A stretch of DNA of 64,000 nt, taken from Pseudomonadota bacterium (lineage in GTDB: Bacteria > Pseudomonadota > Gammaproteobacteria > Acidiferrobacterales > UBA6901). Where the stretch lies: NCBI GenBank assembly GCA_021785515.1, contig JAJYEX010000002.1, forward strand, positions 93,328 to 157,327. The letters are read 5' to 3'. The position numbers and the translations under genes are program-made. Under the pieces are notes generated by a model. That model made no database searches. It was not told the DNA's origin and saw only the letters and a list, made by a program, of their open reading frames with translations. This document shows positions 22,890 to 33,630 of the stretch, in pieces (positions within the stretch are counted from its first letter, which is position 1; every line of letters begins with the position of its first letter).

Positions 22890-23825
22890 ATGGAATTTTT
22901 CAAGATACGAAAAGATATCCCCTTCATGCGCCACGCGCTGGTGTTCAACGCGATTTCCGCGATCACGTTCGTGTTGGCGGTGTTTTTTCTGATCACGCGC
23001 GGGCTGAATTTGGGCGTTGACTTTACCGGTGGCACGGTCCTGCAGGTGCGTTACAGTCACCCGGCTGACATACACGCCATCCGCACGGCGCTCGGTCCGC
23101 TCGGTTACAAAAACGCCGGCGTCGAAAATTTCGGGACATCCAGCGAGGTGCTGATCCGCCTGCCGGCCGCCAGAGGCAAGGCGGCCAGCGCGTTGTCAGA
23201 CCGGGTGATGGCGGCGTTGCACACGCAGGACCCAACGGCGCAGCTGCGCAGCGTGCAATTCGTCGGGCCCGAGGTCGGTAGCGAGATGCTGAATAACGGC
23301 GCGCTGGCGCTGCTCGTGGTTGCGGTGGGAATAGTGGTTTATCTGTGGTTTCGGTTCGAATGGAAATTCGGTGTTGCGACGCTCATCGCGAACCTGCACG
23401 ATGTCGTCATAATTCTGGGTTTCTTCGCATTCTTCCGCTGGCAGTTTTCGCTCACCGTGCTGGCCGCAGTACTGGCGATTTTCGGGTATTCGGTGAACGA
23501 ATCGGTGGTCGTGTTTGACCGGGTTCGCGAGAATTTCCGCAAGATGCGTCATTCCTCGGTTCCCCAGGTCATCGATAACGCGATCACCAGGACGCTGTCA
23601 CGGACGGTCATCACTCACGGCTGCACCCAGATGGCGGTGTTGTCGATGCTCTTCTTCGGAGGCGAGGCGCTGCACTACTTCGCCCTTGCCCTTACCATCG
23701 GCATACTGTTCGGCATCTATTCCTCGGCGCTGGTAGCGAGCCCGATCGTCATGTGGCTCGGCATTTCACGCGAGGACATGATTCCTTCGAAGAAAGACAC
23801 CACCCAGCTCGACAGCGCGCCCTGA
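22890..23825 (+). CDS. secF: protein translocase subunit SecF
   Basis: GLNLGVDFTGGT, VGPEVG, GYSVNESVVVFDRVREN motifs. Confidence 0.93.
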   Translation: MEFFKIRKDIPFMRHALVFNAISAITFVLAVFFLITRGLNLGVDFTGGTVLQVRYSHPADIHAIRTALGPLGYKNAGVENFGTSSEVLIRLPAARGKAASALSDRVMAALHTQDPTAQLRSVQFVGPEVGSEMLNNGALALLVVAVGIVVYLWFRFEWKFGVATLIANLHDVVIILGFFAFFRWQFSLTVLAAVLAIFGYSVNESVVVFDRVRENFRKMRHSSVPQVIDNAITRTLSRTVITHGCTQMAVLSMLFFGGEALHYFALALTIGILFGIYSSALVASPIVMWLGISREDMIPSKKDTTQLDSAP

Positions 23826-23973
23826 CGGCGGCACCGGCAAGCGCCGGCACATGAGCGCCCGAATAGGCATGATGGGCCGAATCGGCTATCCTTAACCCCT
23901 TTTTCCAGTCCGATATCGCCTGGCGCGACCGCGCGGCGAGGTCTGGAACCAGCCTGAGGGGATCAGTGAGCCG

Positions 23974-25239
23974 ATGTTTACGAAAGACCTGAAAATCGCC
24001 GGTTTCGACCGGGAACTGTGGCAGGCCATGCAGGACGAACGCCGCCGGCAGGAGGATCATATCGAGCTGATCGCCTCCGAGAATTACGCCAGTCCGCGGG
24101 TACTGGAAGCCCAGGGCTCGGTGCTCACGAACAAGTATGCCGAGGGTTATCCCGGCAAGCGCTACTACGGTGGCTGCGAGTACGTGGACGTTGCCGAACG
24201 CCTCGCGATCGAGCGGGCCAAGCAACTGTTCGGAGCCGCCTACGCGAATGTACAGCCGCATTCCGGGTCGCAGGCGAATGCGGCGGTCTACATGGCGCTG
24301 TTGCAGCCAGGCGACACCATTCTCGGCATGAGCCTGGCCCACGGAGGCCATCTTACCCACGGCGCCAAGGTCAATTTCTCCGGCAAGATCTATAACGCAG
24401 TGCAGTATGGCCTCGATGCCGCAACCGGGGAGATCGACTATGGGCAGGTGGAGCGGCTGGCGCATGAGCACAAGCCCAAGATGGTGGTGGCCGGTTTCAG
24501 CGCGTATTCGCGGGTGGTCGACTGGCAGCGTTTCCGGAACATTGCCGACGCGGTCGGCGCATACCTGTTCGTCGACATGGCGCATCCCGCCGGTTTGATC
24601 GCCGCCGGCCTCTATCCCAATCCGGTGCCGGTGGCCGACGTCACGACGTCGACGACCCACAAGACCCTGCGGGGACCGCGCGGCGGGCTGATTCTGGCAC
24701 GCGCCAATCCGGACATCGAGAAAAGGCTTAATTCCGTGGTGTTTCCCGGGACCCAGGGTGGACCGCTGATGCATGTGATCGCTGCCAAGGCCATCGCTTT
24801 TAAGGAGGCGCTTGAGCCGGGCTTCAAGCAGTATCAGCAGCAGGTGCTGGAGAATGCGCGGACCATGGCGGGGGTCATGCAGCAGCGCGGCTACCGGATC
24901 GTCTCCGGCGGCACCGACGACCACCTGTTTCTGGTGGACCTGGTGGCGATGGCCATTACTGGCAAGGATGCGGAGGCGGCGCTCGGGGAGGCGCACATCA
25001 CGGTGAACAAGAACGCGGTGCCGAACGATCCGCAGTCTCCGTTCGTGACCAGTGGCATCCGTATCGGCACTCCGGCGGTCACGACCCGGGGGTTTGGCGC
25101 GCGGGAGGTGGCATCAGTGGGTGGATGGATATGCGATATCCTCTCTGACCTGCAGAATCAGAGTGTGCGTGCCAGGGTTCGGGCTGACGTCGAGGCCCTG
25201 TGCGCGCGGTTCCCTGTGTATGAATCCGTTCCCTGCTAG
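23974..25239 (+). CDS. glyA: serine hydroxymethyltransferase
   Basis: [35 protein letters not shown] (PLP Lys) motifs. Confidence 0.95.
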   Translation: MFTKDLKIAGFDRELWQAMQDERRRQEDHIELIASENYASPRVLEAQGSVLTNKYAEGYPGKRYYGGCEYVDVAERLAIERAKQLFGAAYANVQPHSGSQANAAVYMALLQPGDTILGMSLAHGGHLTHGAKVNFSGKIYNAVQYGLDAATGEIDYGQVERLAHEHKPKMVVAGFSAYSRVVDWQRFRNIADAVGAYLFVDMAHPAGLIAAGLYPNPVPVADVTTSTTHKTLRGPRGGLILARANPDIEKRLNSVVFPGTQGGPLMHVIAAKAIAFKEALEPGFKQYQQQVLENARTMAGVMQQRGYRIVSGGTDDHLFLVDLVAMAITGKDAEAALGEAHITVNKNAVPNDPQSPFVTSGIRIGTPAVTTRGFGAREVASVGGWICDILSDLQNQSVRARVRADVEALCARFPVYESVPC

Positions 25240-25312
25240 TCGCACACGCAGGTCCGAGCGCGTGCGGATCCGGGGTGTGGCGGTGGCGGACCGGTTGCCC
25301 GCCTGATTCGGC

Positions 25313-25876
25313 ATGCGTTGCCCTTTCTGTTTCGCGGACGAGACCCGGGTAATCGACTCCCGCCTGGCTGATGACGGCGATTCAGTGCGCCGCCGGCGCG
25401 AATGTGAGGTTTGTTCCGAGCGGTTTACCACCTTCGAACGCGCTGAGTTGCGGCTACCTCAGGTAATCAAGTCAGACAGCCGGCGCGAGCTTTTCAGCGA
25501 GGACAAGCTGCGCGGTGGCATGACCCGGGCGCTGGAAAAGCGTCCCGTCGACGCTGAGGCCGTGGAGAAAGCGGTCGGGCGCATACGGCACAAGCTGCTG
25601 GCTGGTGGCGACCGGGAAGTCCGGTCGCGCGATATCGGCGAATGGGTCATGGAAGAACTCAAGGACCTGGACCCGGTCGCCTACGTGCGGTTTGCGTCGG
25701 TGTACCGCAGCTTCCAAGACCTTAACGCTTTCCGTGAAGAGGTCCAGCGGCTGCAGAACGAGCCCACCGGAGAGAGCCGGCGCAAGCAGCTGAAACTCAT
25801 TCCCGACGGTGATTCCCCGGAGGGCAGTCCCGGGGATGTACCACGGCGCCCAGGTACCGGCGGCAGCCGCAGATGA
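25313..25876 (+). CDS. nrdR: transcriptional repressor NrdR
   Basis: MRCPFC....RVIDSR......RRRRECE.C..RFTTFE zinc ribbon plus ATP-cone; unusually long Pro/Gly-rich C-terminal tail. Confidence 0.92.
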   Translation: MRCPFCFADETRVIDSRLADDGDSVRRRRECEVCSERFTTFERAELRLPQVIKSDSRRELFSEDKLRGGMTRALEKRPVDAEAVEKAVGRIRHKLLAGGDREVRSRDIGEWVMEELKDLDPVAYVRFASVYRSFQDLNAFREEVQRLQNEPTGESRRKQLKLIPDGDSPEGSPGDVPRRPGTGGSRR

Positions 25877-26991
25877 GCACCGCAGTCGACGATGTACGGG
25901 CCATGGCGCGTGCACTGCAGATTGCAGAACAGGGCCTCTATACCACGGATCCGAACCCGCGTGTCGGGTGCGTGATCGTCAAGGATGGGCAGTGTGTCGC
26001 CGAGGGCTGGCACGAGCGCGCCGGCGAGGCCCATGCCGAACGGCGCGCCCTGCAGGCGGCGGGCGGGGCGGCACGCGGGGCCACGGTCTACGTGACACTT
26101 GAGCCCTGCTGCCATCACGGGCGCACCCCGCCCTGTACCGATGCCCTGGTCGCTGCCGGGGTGGCCAGGGTGGTTGTGGCCATGCCGGATCCCAATCCAC
26201 TGGTTGCCGGGGGCGGTCTGGAACTGCTGCGGCGCGCCGGAATCGCGGTGGAAGTCGGACTGATGCGAGCCCAGGCCGAGGCCTTGAACCCCGGCTTTAT
26301 CCGGCGGATGCAGGACGGGCGCCCTTTTGTGCGCATCAAGATTGCAGCCAGCCTGGACGGGCGTACTGCCATGGCCAGCGGCGAGAGCAAGTGGATCACC
26401 GGCGCGGCCGCGCGTGCTGATGTGCAGAGATGGCGGGCACGCAGTTCCGCGATTCTGACCGGTATCGGGACGGTACAGGCGGACGATCCATCATTGACGG
26501 TACGCACCATGGCCACTGGACGTCAGCCGCTTAGAGTGGTGGTTGATTCCGGCCTGCGCATCGCAGTCACAGCGAGGGTACTTGCGCCGCCAGGTTCGGC
26601 GCTGCTTGTCGCTGCCAGTGAGGATGCGGACCGGGCCAGCCGACTGCGCGCGGCCGGGGCGCAGGTGCTGTGCCTGCCAAATCCGGAAGGCAGGGTGGAC
26701 CTGGCAGCGCTCATGCGCGACCTTGCGGGGCGCGGAATGAACGAGGTCCTGGTCGAGGCCGGCACCACCCTGTGCGGGGCCCTGCTGGCGGCCGGCCTGG
26801 CGGACGAACTCGTGATCTATTTTGCGCCGCATCTGATGGGCGCGCAGGCCCGTGGCATGTTTGCCGTGCCAGGACTGGAACGCATGCAGGAACGGGTGGC
26901 GCTGGAGGTGCGTGACGTGCGTGCGGTTGGTGCCGACTGGCGGGTGGTGGCAAGAGTGGGTGCCGGCGGATCGACGGATGCGCCGGGCTGA
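25873..26991 (+). CDS. ribD: bifunctional riboflavin biosynthesis deaminase/reductase
   Basis: ATGA overlap with nrdR; HAE..AL and TLEPC.H.GRTPPC deaminase motifs plus C-terminal reductase domain. Confidence 0.92.
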   Translation: MSTAVDDVRAMARALQIAEQGLYTTDPNPRVGCVIVKDGQCVAEGWHERAGEAHAERRALQAAGGAARGATVYVTLEPCCHHGRTPPCTDALVAAGVARVVVAMPDPNPLVAGGGLELLRRAGIAVEVGLMRAQAEALNPGFIRRMQDGRPFVRIKIAASLDGRTAMASGESKWITGAAARADVQRWRARSSAILTGIGTVQADDPSLTVRTMATGRQPLRVVVDSGLRIAVTARVLAPPGSALLVAASEDADRASRLRAAGAQVLCLPNPEGRVDLAALMRDLAGRGMNEVLVEAGTTLCGALLAAGLADELVIYFAPHLMGAQARGMFAVPGLERMQERVALEVRDVRAVGADWRVVARVGAGGSTDAPG

Positions 26992-27006
26992 AGGAGGGTC
27001 AGGATC

Positions 27007-27672
27007 GTGTTTACGGGCATTATCGAGGCGGTAGGCAGCATCGCGCGGGCGGAGACGATAGGCGCAGACCTGCGGCTTCGGGTTGATGCCGGCGCGCTCG
27101 ATCTTTCCGACGTGCGCATCGGCGACAGCATTGCAGTGAGTGGCGTATGTCTGACTGTGGTGGAGTGTTCCGCCGCCGGATTTGTTGCGGATGTATCGCG
27201 CGAGACCCTGGACCATACGACTCTGTCGGGATTGCGTCCCGGAGCGCGCGTCAACCTCGAAAAGGCGCTGGCAGTGGGTGCACGTCTGGGCGGACATCTG
27301 GTGAGCGGCCACGTAGACGGCATGGGTACGGTATGCGCCCGCTGGCACGACGGCAATTCACTGCGCTTGCGGATTGAGGCACCGGTGTCGCTGGTGCGCT
27401 ATATCGCGTCAAAGGGATCGATCTGTGTGGACGGAGTGAGCCTTACCGTCAATGTCGTCGACGGTGTGCGTTTCGAGCTCAACATCGTGCCGCATACGGC
27501 GCAACAGACGACGCTGTCGGCTCTGGACGAGGGGCAGCGGGTGAACCTTGAGGTGGACCTGATCGCCCGCTATCTGGAGAGTCTGCTGACGGCCCGTGCG
27601 CCGGACCCGGTTTCGGGGCTGGACCGGGATTTTCTCGCGGCCCACGGTTTTGGATCACTGGACGACCGCTGA
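27007..27672 (+). CDS. ribE: riboflavin synthase (alpha chain)
   Basis: GTG start; MFTGIIE.VG, GDSIAVSGVCLTV and the repeated GSICVDGVSLTV lumazine-binding motifs. Confidence 0.92.
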   Translation: MFTGIIEAVGSIARAETIGADLRLRVDAGALDLSDVRIGDSIAVSGVCLTVVECSAAGFVADVSRETLDHTTLSGLRPGARVNLEKALAVGARLGGHLVSGHVDGMGTVCARWHDGNSLRLRIEAPVSLVRYIASKGSICVDGVSLTVNVVDGVRFELNIVPHTAQQTTLSALDEGQRVNLEVDLIARYLESLLTARAPDPVSGLDRDFLAAHGFGSLDDR

Positions 27673-27697
27673 GGATCGTCCCGCGGTATTGCCGCCG

Positions 27698-29185
27698 CTA
27701 TTCGCCCCAGGCCCGCGTCAGTACCTCGTATTTCGTGTTGCCACCACCGGCTGGGACCGTCCCCGTCCCACGCGGCTCAGGCTTTGCGGTTCTGCGCATC
27801 GCGCGCGCCAGTCGCGCACGTCGTATCAGGAGGCGCCGTACTGCTCCGTGCTGCAGCGCAAGTGGGTGCTTGGTTGCGGCCGGCGCCGGTTGCGACTGTG
27901 CCTGCAGAATCGGTGCTGCGGGTGGCTGGATAGCCGGGTGGGCAGCGGGCGCGAGGACCACGGGTGCCGGCGGAGCAGTGGGTGTGGCCGGAGCTTCGGG
28001 CCGGACCATGTAGAAAAACCCCGCTACCAACGCAATTGCCGTGATGGGCAGCAGGCTCATCATCGCGATCGCGGCAGGTCGCCGCAGGCGCGCCCGCAGC
28101 GACTGCCCCGTAAACGGCCCGGATGCATCCTGGGTGCGTCTGCCGAATTTGGAACGGTCTGCTTCCACGTAATGTGTCAGCAGCGCGCGGTCCTTGTCTT
28201 TTCTGATGGCTTTCAGGCGCCGATATGCGCGCACGTGAATCATGCCGAGCTTAATGAGGGCGCTGCGGAATTCGTGTGCATTCTGGAAGCGTTTGTCGGG
28301 ATTCTTGGAGATGGCCTTCAAAATTACCAGTTCCAGCTCCAGGGGGATGTCAGGCTGCAGCTTGGCGGGGCTGGGCGGCTGTTCGTGCAGGTGTGCATCC
28401 ATGTATTCGTAGTCGCTCTGTTTCACGAAGGGCAGCCGTCCGGTGACTGCTTCGAACAGCGTGATGCCCAGGGTGTAGATGTCCGAGCGAAAATCCGCCT
28501 CCTTGCCTGTAACCTGCTCCGGAGAAACATACATGAGCGTGCCGATCATCGAGCCGCTCTCGGTGACTTCCTTGTTGTCGAGTATCTTGGCGACACCAAA
28601 GTCCATGAGCTTGATCTCATGGCCGTTGGTAATGAAGATGTTGCTCGGTTTGAGGTCACGGTGGACGATACCGAGTCGATGGGCACGCTCGACTCCGAGC
28701 AGCGCTTGCTCGAACACCCACACCGTGGTTGCGACCGACAGGCGGCCGGCGTTATGCAGCCGCTGGGCAAGGGTCTGTCCCTCGATGTATTCCATGACGA
28801 GCACGAGACTGCCGGACAGTTCGAACAGCGAATGCAGGGTGACGACGTTGGGGCCGTTGAGTCGTGCCTGCGCCTGCGCCTCGATACGGAATCTCTGCAG
28901 GAACTCCTGGTTGCGGAACAGGTGCGGGGACAGCACCTTGAGTGCGACCGTGCGGTCGAGGGTGGTGTCATGCGCCTTGTACACCACGCCCATGCCGCCT
29001 TCGCCGAGCTTGCTGACGATGAGGTAGTTCCCCACCGTCTTGCCGGCTTCGATGGTATCGAGCAGGGTCTGTGGCGGGCTGCTGTGCCCGGAGCCTGCTC
29101 CCAAGATCGCGGTTTTGGCGAAGCTGGCCGCGGGCTGCTGTTTCGTAGCACCCGGCCGGCCACGCACCAATCGCAGATCGGACAT
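27698..29185 (-). CDS. Hanks-type Ser/Thr protein kinase, single TM helix, Pro/Ala-rich extracytoplasmic tail (STK1)
   Basis: GEGGMGVVYKA, VALKVL, HRDLKPSNIF, DFGVAK, SPEQ motifs. TM segment AAIAMMSLLPITAIALVAGFFYMV. Tail ends KYEVLTRAWGE. Stop lies 26 nt from the ribE stop on the opposite strand. Confidence 0.88.
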   Translation of the reverse strand: MSDLRLVRGRPGATKQQPAASFAKTAILGAGSGHSSPPQTLLDTIEAGKTVGNYLIVSKLGEGGMGVVYKAHDTTLDRTVALKVLSPHLFRNQEFLQRFRIEAQAQARLNGPNVVTLHSLFELSGSLVLVMEYIEGQTLAQRLHNAGRLSVATTVWVFEQALLGVERAHRLGIVHRDLKPSNIFITNGHEIKLMDFGVAKILDNKEVTESGSMIGTLMYVSPEQVTGKEADFRSDIYTLGITLFEAVTGRLPFVKQSDYEYMDAHLHEQPPSPAKLQPDIPLELELVILKAISKNPDKRFQNAHEFRSALIKLGMIHVRAYRRLKAIRKDKDRALLTHYVEADRSKFGRRTQDASGPFTGQSLRARLRRPAAIAMMSLLPITAIALVAGFFYMVRPEAPATPTAPPAPVVLAPAAHPAIQPPAAPILQAQSQPAPAATKHPLALQHGAVRRLLIRRARLARAMRRTAKPEPRGTGTVPAGGGNTKYEVLTRAWGE

Positions 29186-29368
29186 GACTTAAATGCACCC
29201 CTCGGTCGATGACGGCGATGACTTCTTATATGACTTGATCTTACCTCAGATCCGGTGCAAGAGATGGGCCGAACAGGATGGAAGGATCGGCCAGTCAGAT
29301 AAACGGATATTACGCTTGATCAATGACTTGGCGCTGTACCGTCTGTCGCCCAGTCCCCGTCCCGCCGC

Positions 29369-29968
29369 TTACCGTCTGCTAGAGGGTGTTGCGGTCGCCC
29401 CGGAGTGGCGCGGTTCGATGGTGAAGGTCACCTCGGCCCGCGCCAGGCGCACGGAGCGGTCGTAGCCACGGCGGTGAAAGAAGAGTTTGCTGACGATGAG
29501 ATAGTTTCCCGCGGGTGCGCCCGGTGGGATGGGCAGCAGGGTGGTCGCCGTATAGAAACCGCTTGCGCGCAGGTTCTGACCTAGAGACTCGCTGTGGGAG
29601 GCGATCAGGGTTCCGTCCTGAGCGTAGAATTCGCGCGTTTCCGTGAATGTCAGATCAGCGTACGGATCACGGCGCAGGTACAGCTCCTTGTGAATCTTGA
29701 GATATTCGCAGGGGCGGATCTCGTCGCGGTTGACGTTGACCCGGTACACCGTCGCCTGCGCTAGCATGCCACGGGGCAGGGGACCGAAAGCCAGAAACGG
29801 ACTGGCGCGATGATAGTGGGTCGCAAGATCGATCCGGCCGGATTCCGCCGCCTGGACCTGACACTCGTTTGGCGGGGTGGTGGCGCATCCGGACAGTAAC
29901 GCAAGGATCAGGCTGACGAGCAGCGCCGGCGCTGCGGACCGGCGGATCACGGCCGTACGGATGGTCAT
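29369..29968 (-). CDS. predicted lipoprotein, unknown family
   Basis: Signal peptide ending in lipobox LLSGC; 199 aa; lies between the two kinase genes on the same strand; no family recognised by eye. Confidence 0.65.
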   Translation of the reverse strand: MTIRTAVIRRSAAPALLVSLILALLSGCATTPPNECQVQAAESGRIDLATHYHRASPFLAFGPLPRGMLAQATVYRVNVNRDEIRPCEYLKIHKELYLRRDPYADLTFTETREFYAQDGTLIASHSESLGQNLRASGFYTATTLLPIPPGAPAGNYLIVSKLFFHRRGYDRSVRLARAEVTFTIEPRHSGATATPSSRR

Positions 29969-30022
29969 TTGGGGTTCCCTGTCTGGGTGACGCCGGTACT
30001 CTACCTTGGGGGCCCGCCGATG

Positions 30023-31423
30023 TCAGCTCCCACCCCAGGCCTGCCGCAGGACGTTATATTTCGAGGGCAATCGCGCCGACCGGATGGCTGGGGGCATACT
30101 GTGGACCTGGGCAGCGGCCGCCGTGTCGGAAGGCGCGGGGCCAGGGACCACCGTCTTGATCGGCGCTGCCGCGTGCGCGGGGACCGACACTTCCGCAGGA
30201 GGTTGCGGTCGGCGAGTTGCCGGGATGAAGTCCAGGCGCGGGACTAGGCCAAGATGCAGGGCCAGCGCCAGAATGGTCGTCAGCAGCAGCAGCTCAAACC
30301 CCCATGTGTTCCAGAGTCGGCGCAGTGGCGCACGGCCATGCGGCAGCCATGGCGTTTTCGTTACCTGCGGGCGACCGGATGCCGAACCGGTGGACGTGGG
30401 CATGGGGTCCGGACCTGCCTTGCCGACGCAGGCACGAAGGGTCTTGCGGAACGCGGCGGCGCTCTGGAACCGGCGACCCGGGTCTTTCTCGATCGCCTTG
30501 AGGATGACGGATTCCAGTTCGGGCGGCAGATCGCGCTGAAACGTGCGCGGGCTTGGCGGGTGCTCAAGGACATGAGCATGCATCAGGCCGTAGTCCGTCC
30601 TGCGTTCGAACGGCAGGCGTCCGGTGACGGCTTCGAACAGGCTGACCCCGAGCGTGTACAGGTCCGACCGGAAGTCGGCGTCCCGCCCGTTGATCTGCTC
30701 CGGCGCAATGTAGAGCAGCGTGCCGACCACCGCGCCGCCATGTCCGGGTTCGCGGTGGCCGACGATGTGTGCGATCCCGAAATCCATAAGCTTTACCTCG
30801 CCCCGGCGCGTGATGAAGATGTTGCCGGGCTTGAGGTCGCGATGGATGATCCCCATCGCGTGCGCACTCTCTACACCGCTCAACGCCTGATCGAATACCC
30901 AGACCGCCTCCTTCACGGTAAGGGGACCCTGCTCGCGAAGGCGTTGTCCGAGGGTCTCGCCCTCCACATACTCCATGACCAGCACCAGACCCGCCGGGAT
31001 TTCCAGCATCTGGAACAGGGTGACGACATTGGGTGTGTTCAGGCGCGCCTGCGCCAGCGCCTCCGTGCGGAATCGCTGCAGAAATCCCGAGTCATGAAAC
31101 AAGTGCGGCGGGAGGAGCTTGAGTGCCACGGTACGCTCGAGCGCCGTATCATGGGCCTTGTACACCACACCCATGCCGCCTACCCCCAGCTTGCCGAGGA
31201 TGGTATAGCCTGCAATGTGATCGCCGGCTTCGAGTGAGCCGGCTGCGAGCACCTTCAACGGCACGGCCGGCTCGGTCTGGCCGAATGTGGCGTTGGCGGC
31301 GTCCGGCAGTTGGTCGAGTTTCTTTGATAAATCCACGGTTTTTTGTCTCTCTTGCGGCGGCCTGCAGTCTCCCCGAACCGGCCTCGCATCTCTTCGCTGC
31401 GCGCATTCCTGCGCCATATCCAT
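30023..31423 (-). CDS. Hanks-type Ser/Thr protein kinase, single TM helix, paralog of STK1 (STK2)
   Basis: GVGGMGVVYKA, VALKLL, HRDLKPGNIF, DFGIAH, APEQ motifs. TM segment FELLLLTTILALALHLGLV. Tail ends SKYNVLRQAWGGS. Start codon uncertain (ATG 31423, or a GTG about 29 codons downstream). Confidence 0.85.
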   Translation of the reverse strand: MDMAQECAQRRDARPVRGDCRPPQERQKTVDLSKKLDQLPDAANATFGQTEPAVPLKVLAAGSLEAGDHIAGYTILGKLGVGGMGVVYKAHDTALERTVALKLLPPHLFHDSGFLQRFRTEALAQARLNTPNVVTLFQMLEIPAGLVLVMEYVEGETLGQRLREQGPLTVKEAVWVFDQALSGVESAHAMGIIHRDLKPGNIFITRRGEVKLMDFGIAHIVGHREPGHGGAVVGTLLYIAPEQINGRDADFRSDLYTLGVSLFEAVTGRLPFERRTDYGLMHAHVLEHPPSPRTFQRDLPPELESVILKAIEKDPGRRFQSAAAFRKTLRACVGKAGPDPMPTSTGSASGRPQVTKTPWLPHGRAPLRRLWNTWGFELLLLTTILALALHLGLVPRLDFIPATRRPQPPAEVSVPAHAAAPIKTVVPGPAPSDTAAAAQVHSMPPAIRSARLPSKYNVLRQAWGGS

Positions 31424-31525
31424 ATATAATAGTCGATCCGACGCGGCGGGATATGCGGGCGGACGCCGCGCGGCGACAAGCCGGGTGAAAATAGCGGATA
31501 ATCGTACAATTCAGGCCGAAAAACT

Positions 31526-32683
31526 ATGCCAATCAGTCCTATTGTTGAAATTGTCGACGAACTGCGACGCGGACGCATGGTCATCATTATGGATGACGAG
31601 GACCGCGAGAACGAGGGCGATGTGCTCATCGCCGCTGAACACGTGCGTGCGGAACATGTCAATTTTATGGCGCGCTATGCGCGCGGACTGATCTGCCTTA
31701 CGCTCACTCAGGAGCGGTGCCGGCAGCTGCAGTTACCGCTCATGGTAACTGAAAACGGTTCACGCATGACCACCAACTTCACCGTATCGATCGAGGCGGC
31801 GGAGGGCGTGACCACCGGAATCTCGGCGGGGGATCGCGCAACTACGGTGCGTGCCGCGATCAAGCCGGATGCCGGACCGCGAGACATCGTGCAGCCCGGA
31901 CATATCTTTCCGCTGATGGCCAGACGCGGCGGTGTGCTGGCGCGTGCCGGGCACACCGAGGCGGGCATCGACCTGCCCCGTCTGGCCGGGTTGTCGCCGG
32001 CCAGCGTCATTTGCGAGATCCTGAACGAGGACGGCAGCATGGCGCGGTTGCCGCAGCTCGAGGTATTTGCCGCGACCCACGGCCTGAAAATTGGCACCAT
32101 CGCCGACCTAATACACTACCGCATGGAGAATGAATCGACGGTCGAGCGTGCTGCCGAGTGCCACGTCATGACGGAGTTCGGGGAATTCCGCATGGTGGCG
32201 TACCACGACGAGATCGACGATACGGCCCACGTGGCGCTGGTCAAGGGCAAGATTGTGCGCGACACGCCCACCCTCGTGCGCGTCCACGTTCAGTCGAGCC
32301 TGCTCGACCTGCTTACCGTGACGCACCGCGGGATGTCCTGGACCCTGAGGGCCGCGCTGGAGCGCGTTGCCATGGAAGGTACAGGTGTGGTCGTGGTGCT
32401 CGATCAGGAGGAGTCCCCGGCGGACCTGATCCGCCAGATCCAGCATTTTCATCGCCAGGAACAGGGCATAGAATTGCCGGTCAGGCGTCCGCATCAGGCC
32501 TTGCGTACCTATGGCCTCGGTAGCCAGATCCTTTCCGATCTGGGGGTTGGCAAGATGCGGGTGCTGAGTAACCCGGTCAAGGCTCCTGGGCTGTCTGGTT
32601 TCGGGCTCGAAATCGTCGAGTACATCAGTCCGGCGGAAATTCCGGAAGAAGCTGCCACACCGGCAGCGAAAAGCCTCAATTGA
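31526..32683 (+). CDS. ribB: 3,4-dihydroxy-2-butanone-4-phosphate synthase with degenerate GTP-cyclohydrolase-II-like C-terminal domain (RibBX type)
   Basis: N-terminal domain has [10 protein letters not shown] and HTEA motifs. The C-terminal domain aligns to RibA but reads [13 protein letters not shown] where RibA has VRVHSECLTGD..CDC, so the zinc Cys ligands are absent. Confidence 0.88.
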   Translation: MPISPIVEIVDELRRGRMVIIMDDEDRENEGDVLIAAEHVRAEHVNFMARYARGLICLTLTQERCRQLQLPLMVTENGSRMTTNFTVSIEAAEGVTTGISAGDRATTVRAAIKPDAGPRDIVQPGHIFPLMARRGGVLARAGHTEAGIDLPRLAGLSPASVICEILNEDGSMARLPQLEVFAATHGLKIGTIADLIHYRMENESTVERAAECHVMTEFGEFRMVAYHDEIDDTAHVALVKGKIVRDTPTLVRVHVQSSLLDLLTVTHRGMSWTLRAALERVAMEGTGVVVVLDQEESPADLIRQIQHFHRQEQGIELPVRRPHQALRTYGLGSQILSDLGVGKMRVLSNPVKAPGLSGFGLEIVEYISPAEIPEEAATPAAKSLN

Positions 32684-32699
32684 TGCACATAACGAGAAT

Positions 32700-33182
32700 A
32701 TGACCATGGCGGAAGTGAAAAGCATCGATGGCGAGATGACGGCACGTGGTGCGCGTTTCGGCATCATCCTTGCTAGGTTCAACAGTTTTATCGGCGATCG
32801 GTTGCTGGAAGGCGCACTCGATACCCTGGTGCGCCACGGTGCGGACCGCTCGCAGATCGAGGTGGTGCGGGTCCCCGGCGCGTACGAGATGCCGCTGGTG
32901 GCCAAGACCATGGCGGCGGGGAGGAAGTACGATGCCCTGATCGCGTTGGGGGCGGTTATTCGTGGCGCCACACCGCATTTTGAGTACGTGGCGGGGGAGT
33001 CGTCGAAGGGGCTGGCACAGGTCATGGTCGAGTTTGACATCCCAGTGGCATTCGGACTGCTCACGGTCGACAGCATCGAACAGGCAGTTGAGCGTGCCGG
33101 TACGAAGTCGGGAAACAAGGGTGCAGATGCAGCGCTGTCTGCCATAGAGATGGTCAACCTGCTCAAGCGACTGAAGACGTGA
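32700..33182 (+). CDS. ribH: 6,7-dimethyl-8-ribityllumazine synthase
   Basis: [30 protein letters not shown] motifs. Confidence 0.93.
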   Translation: MTMAEVKSIDGEMTARGARFGIILARFNSFIGDRLLEGALDTLVRHGADRSQIEVVRVPGAYEMPLVAKTMAAGRKYDALIALGAVIRGATPHFEYVAGESSKGLAQVMVEFDIPVAFGLLTVDSIEQAVERAGTKSGNKGADAALSAIEMVNLLKRLKT

Positions 33183-33625
33183 CCACGCGCTCTGAAAAGG
33201 GGAGCCGCAGCCAGGCCCGTCAGGCGGCGGTGCAGGCCATCTACCAGTGGCAGATGACCGAGCAACCCCCCGATCAGATTGAAAACCACTTCATAAGCGA
33301 TCATGAACTGAGCGGTGTTGATCTGGACTATTTTCATCACCTGGTACGCGAGATCCCCAGGCACTGGCATCAGATTGACGATCATCTCGCTCCCCATCTT
33401 GACCGGGTGATCGATGAAGTCGACCCCGTGGAGCGCGCCATTCTGCGGATCAGCACCTTCGAGTTTGAGTTTCATCCCGAGATTCCTTACAAGGTTGTGC
33501 TCAACGAGGCGGTCGAACTGGCCAAGACTTTCGGGGCGGAGCATGGCCACAAATTTGTCAATGCGGTGCTCGACAAGGTGGCAGCGAAGCTGCGTTCCAG
33601 CGAGATCAGCCGCCGGGCATCGTAA
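33179..33625 (+). CDS. nusB: transcription antitermination factor NusB
   Basis: GTG start overlapping ribH stop; AR..AVQA.YQW, ER.ILR....[17 protein letters not shown] motifs. Confidence 0.92.
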   Translation: MTTRSEKGSRSQARQAAVQAIYQWQMTEQPPDQIENHFISDHELSGVDLDYFHHLVREIPRHWHQIDDHLAPHLDRVIDEVDPVERAILRISTFEFEFHPEIPYKVVLNEAVELAKTFGAEHGHKFVNAVLDKVAAKLRSSEISRRAS

Positions 33626-33630
33626 GATAC

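Noticed and set aside
27596-29212. 538-aa plus-strand ORF opposite STK1 (and 30254-31237 opposite STK2)
   Set aside because: The minus-strand frames carry the complete, ordered set of Hanks kinase motifs. The plus-strand translations have none and are compositionally biased.
31424-31525. FMN (RFN) riboswitch upstream of ribB
   Set aside because: Only 102 nt are available. Apart from a CCGGGTGAAAAT stretch, the conserved RFN helices and core (GGGCGGGG..., GTCAGCAGATCCGGTGAAATTCCGG..) are not present.
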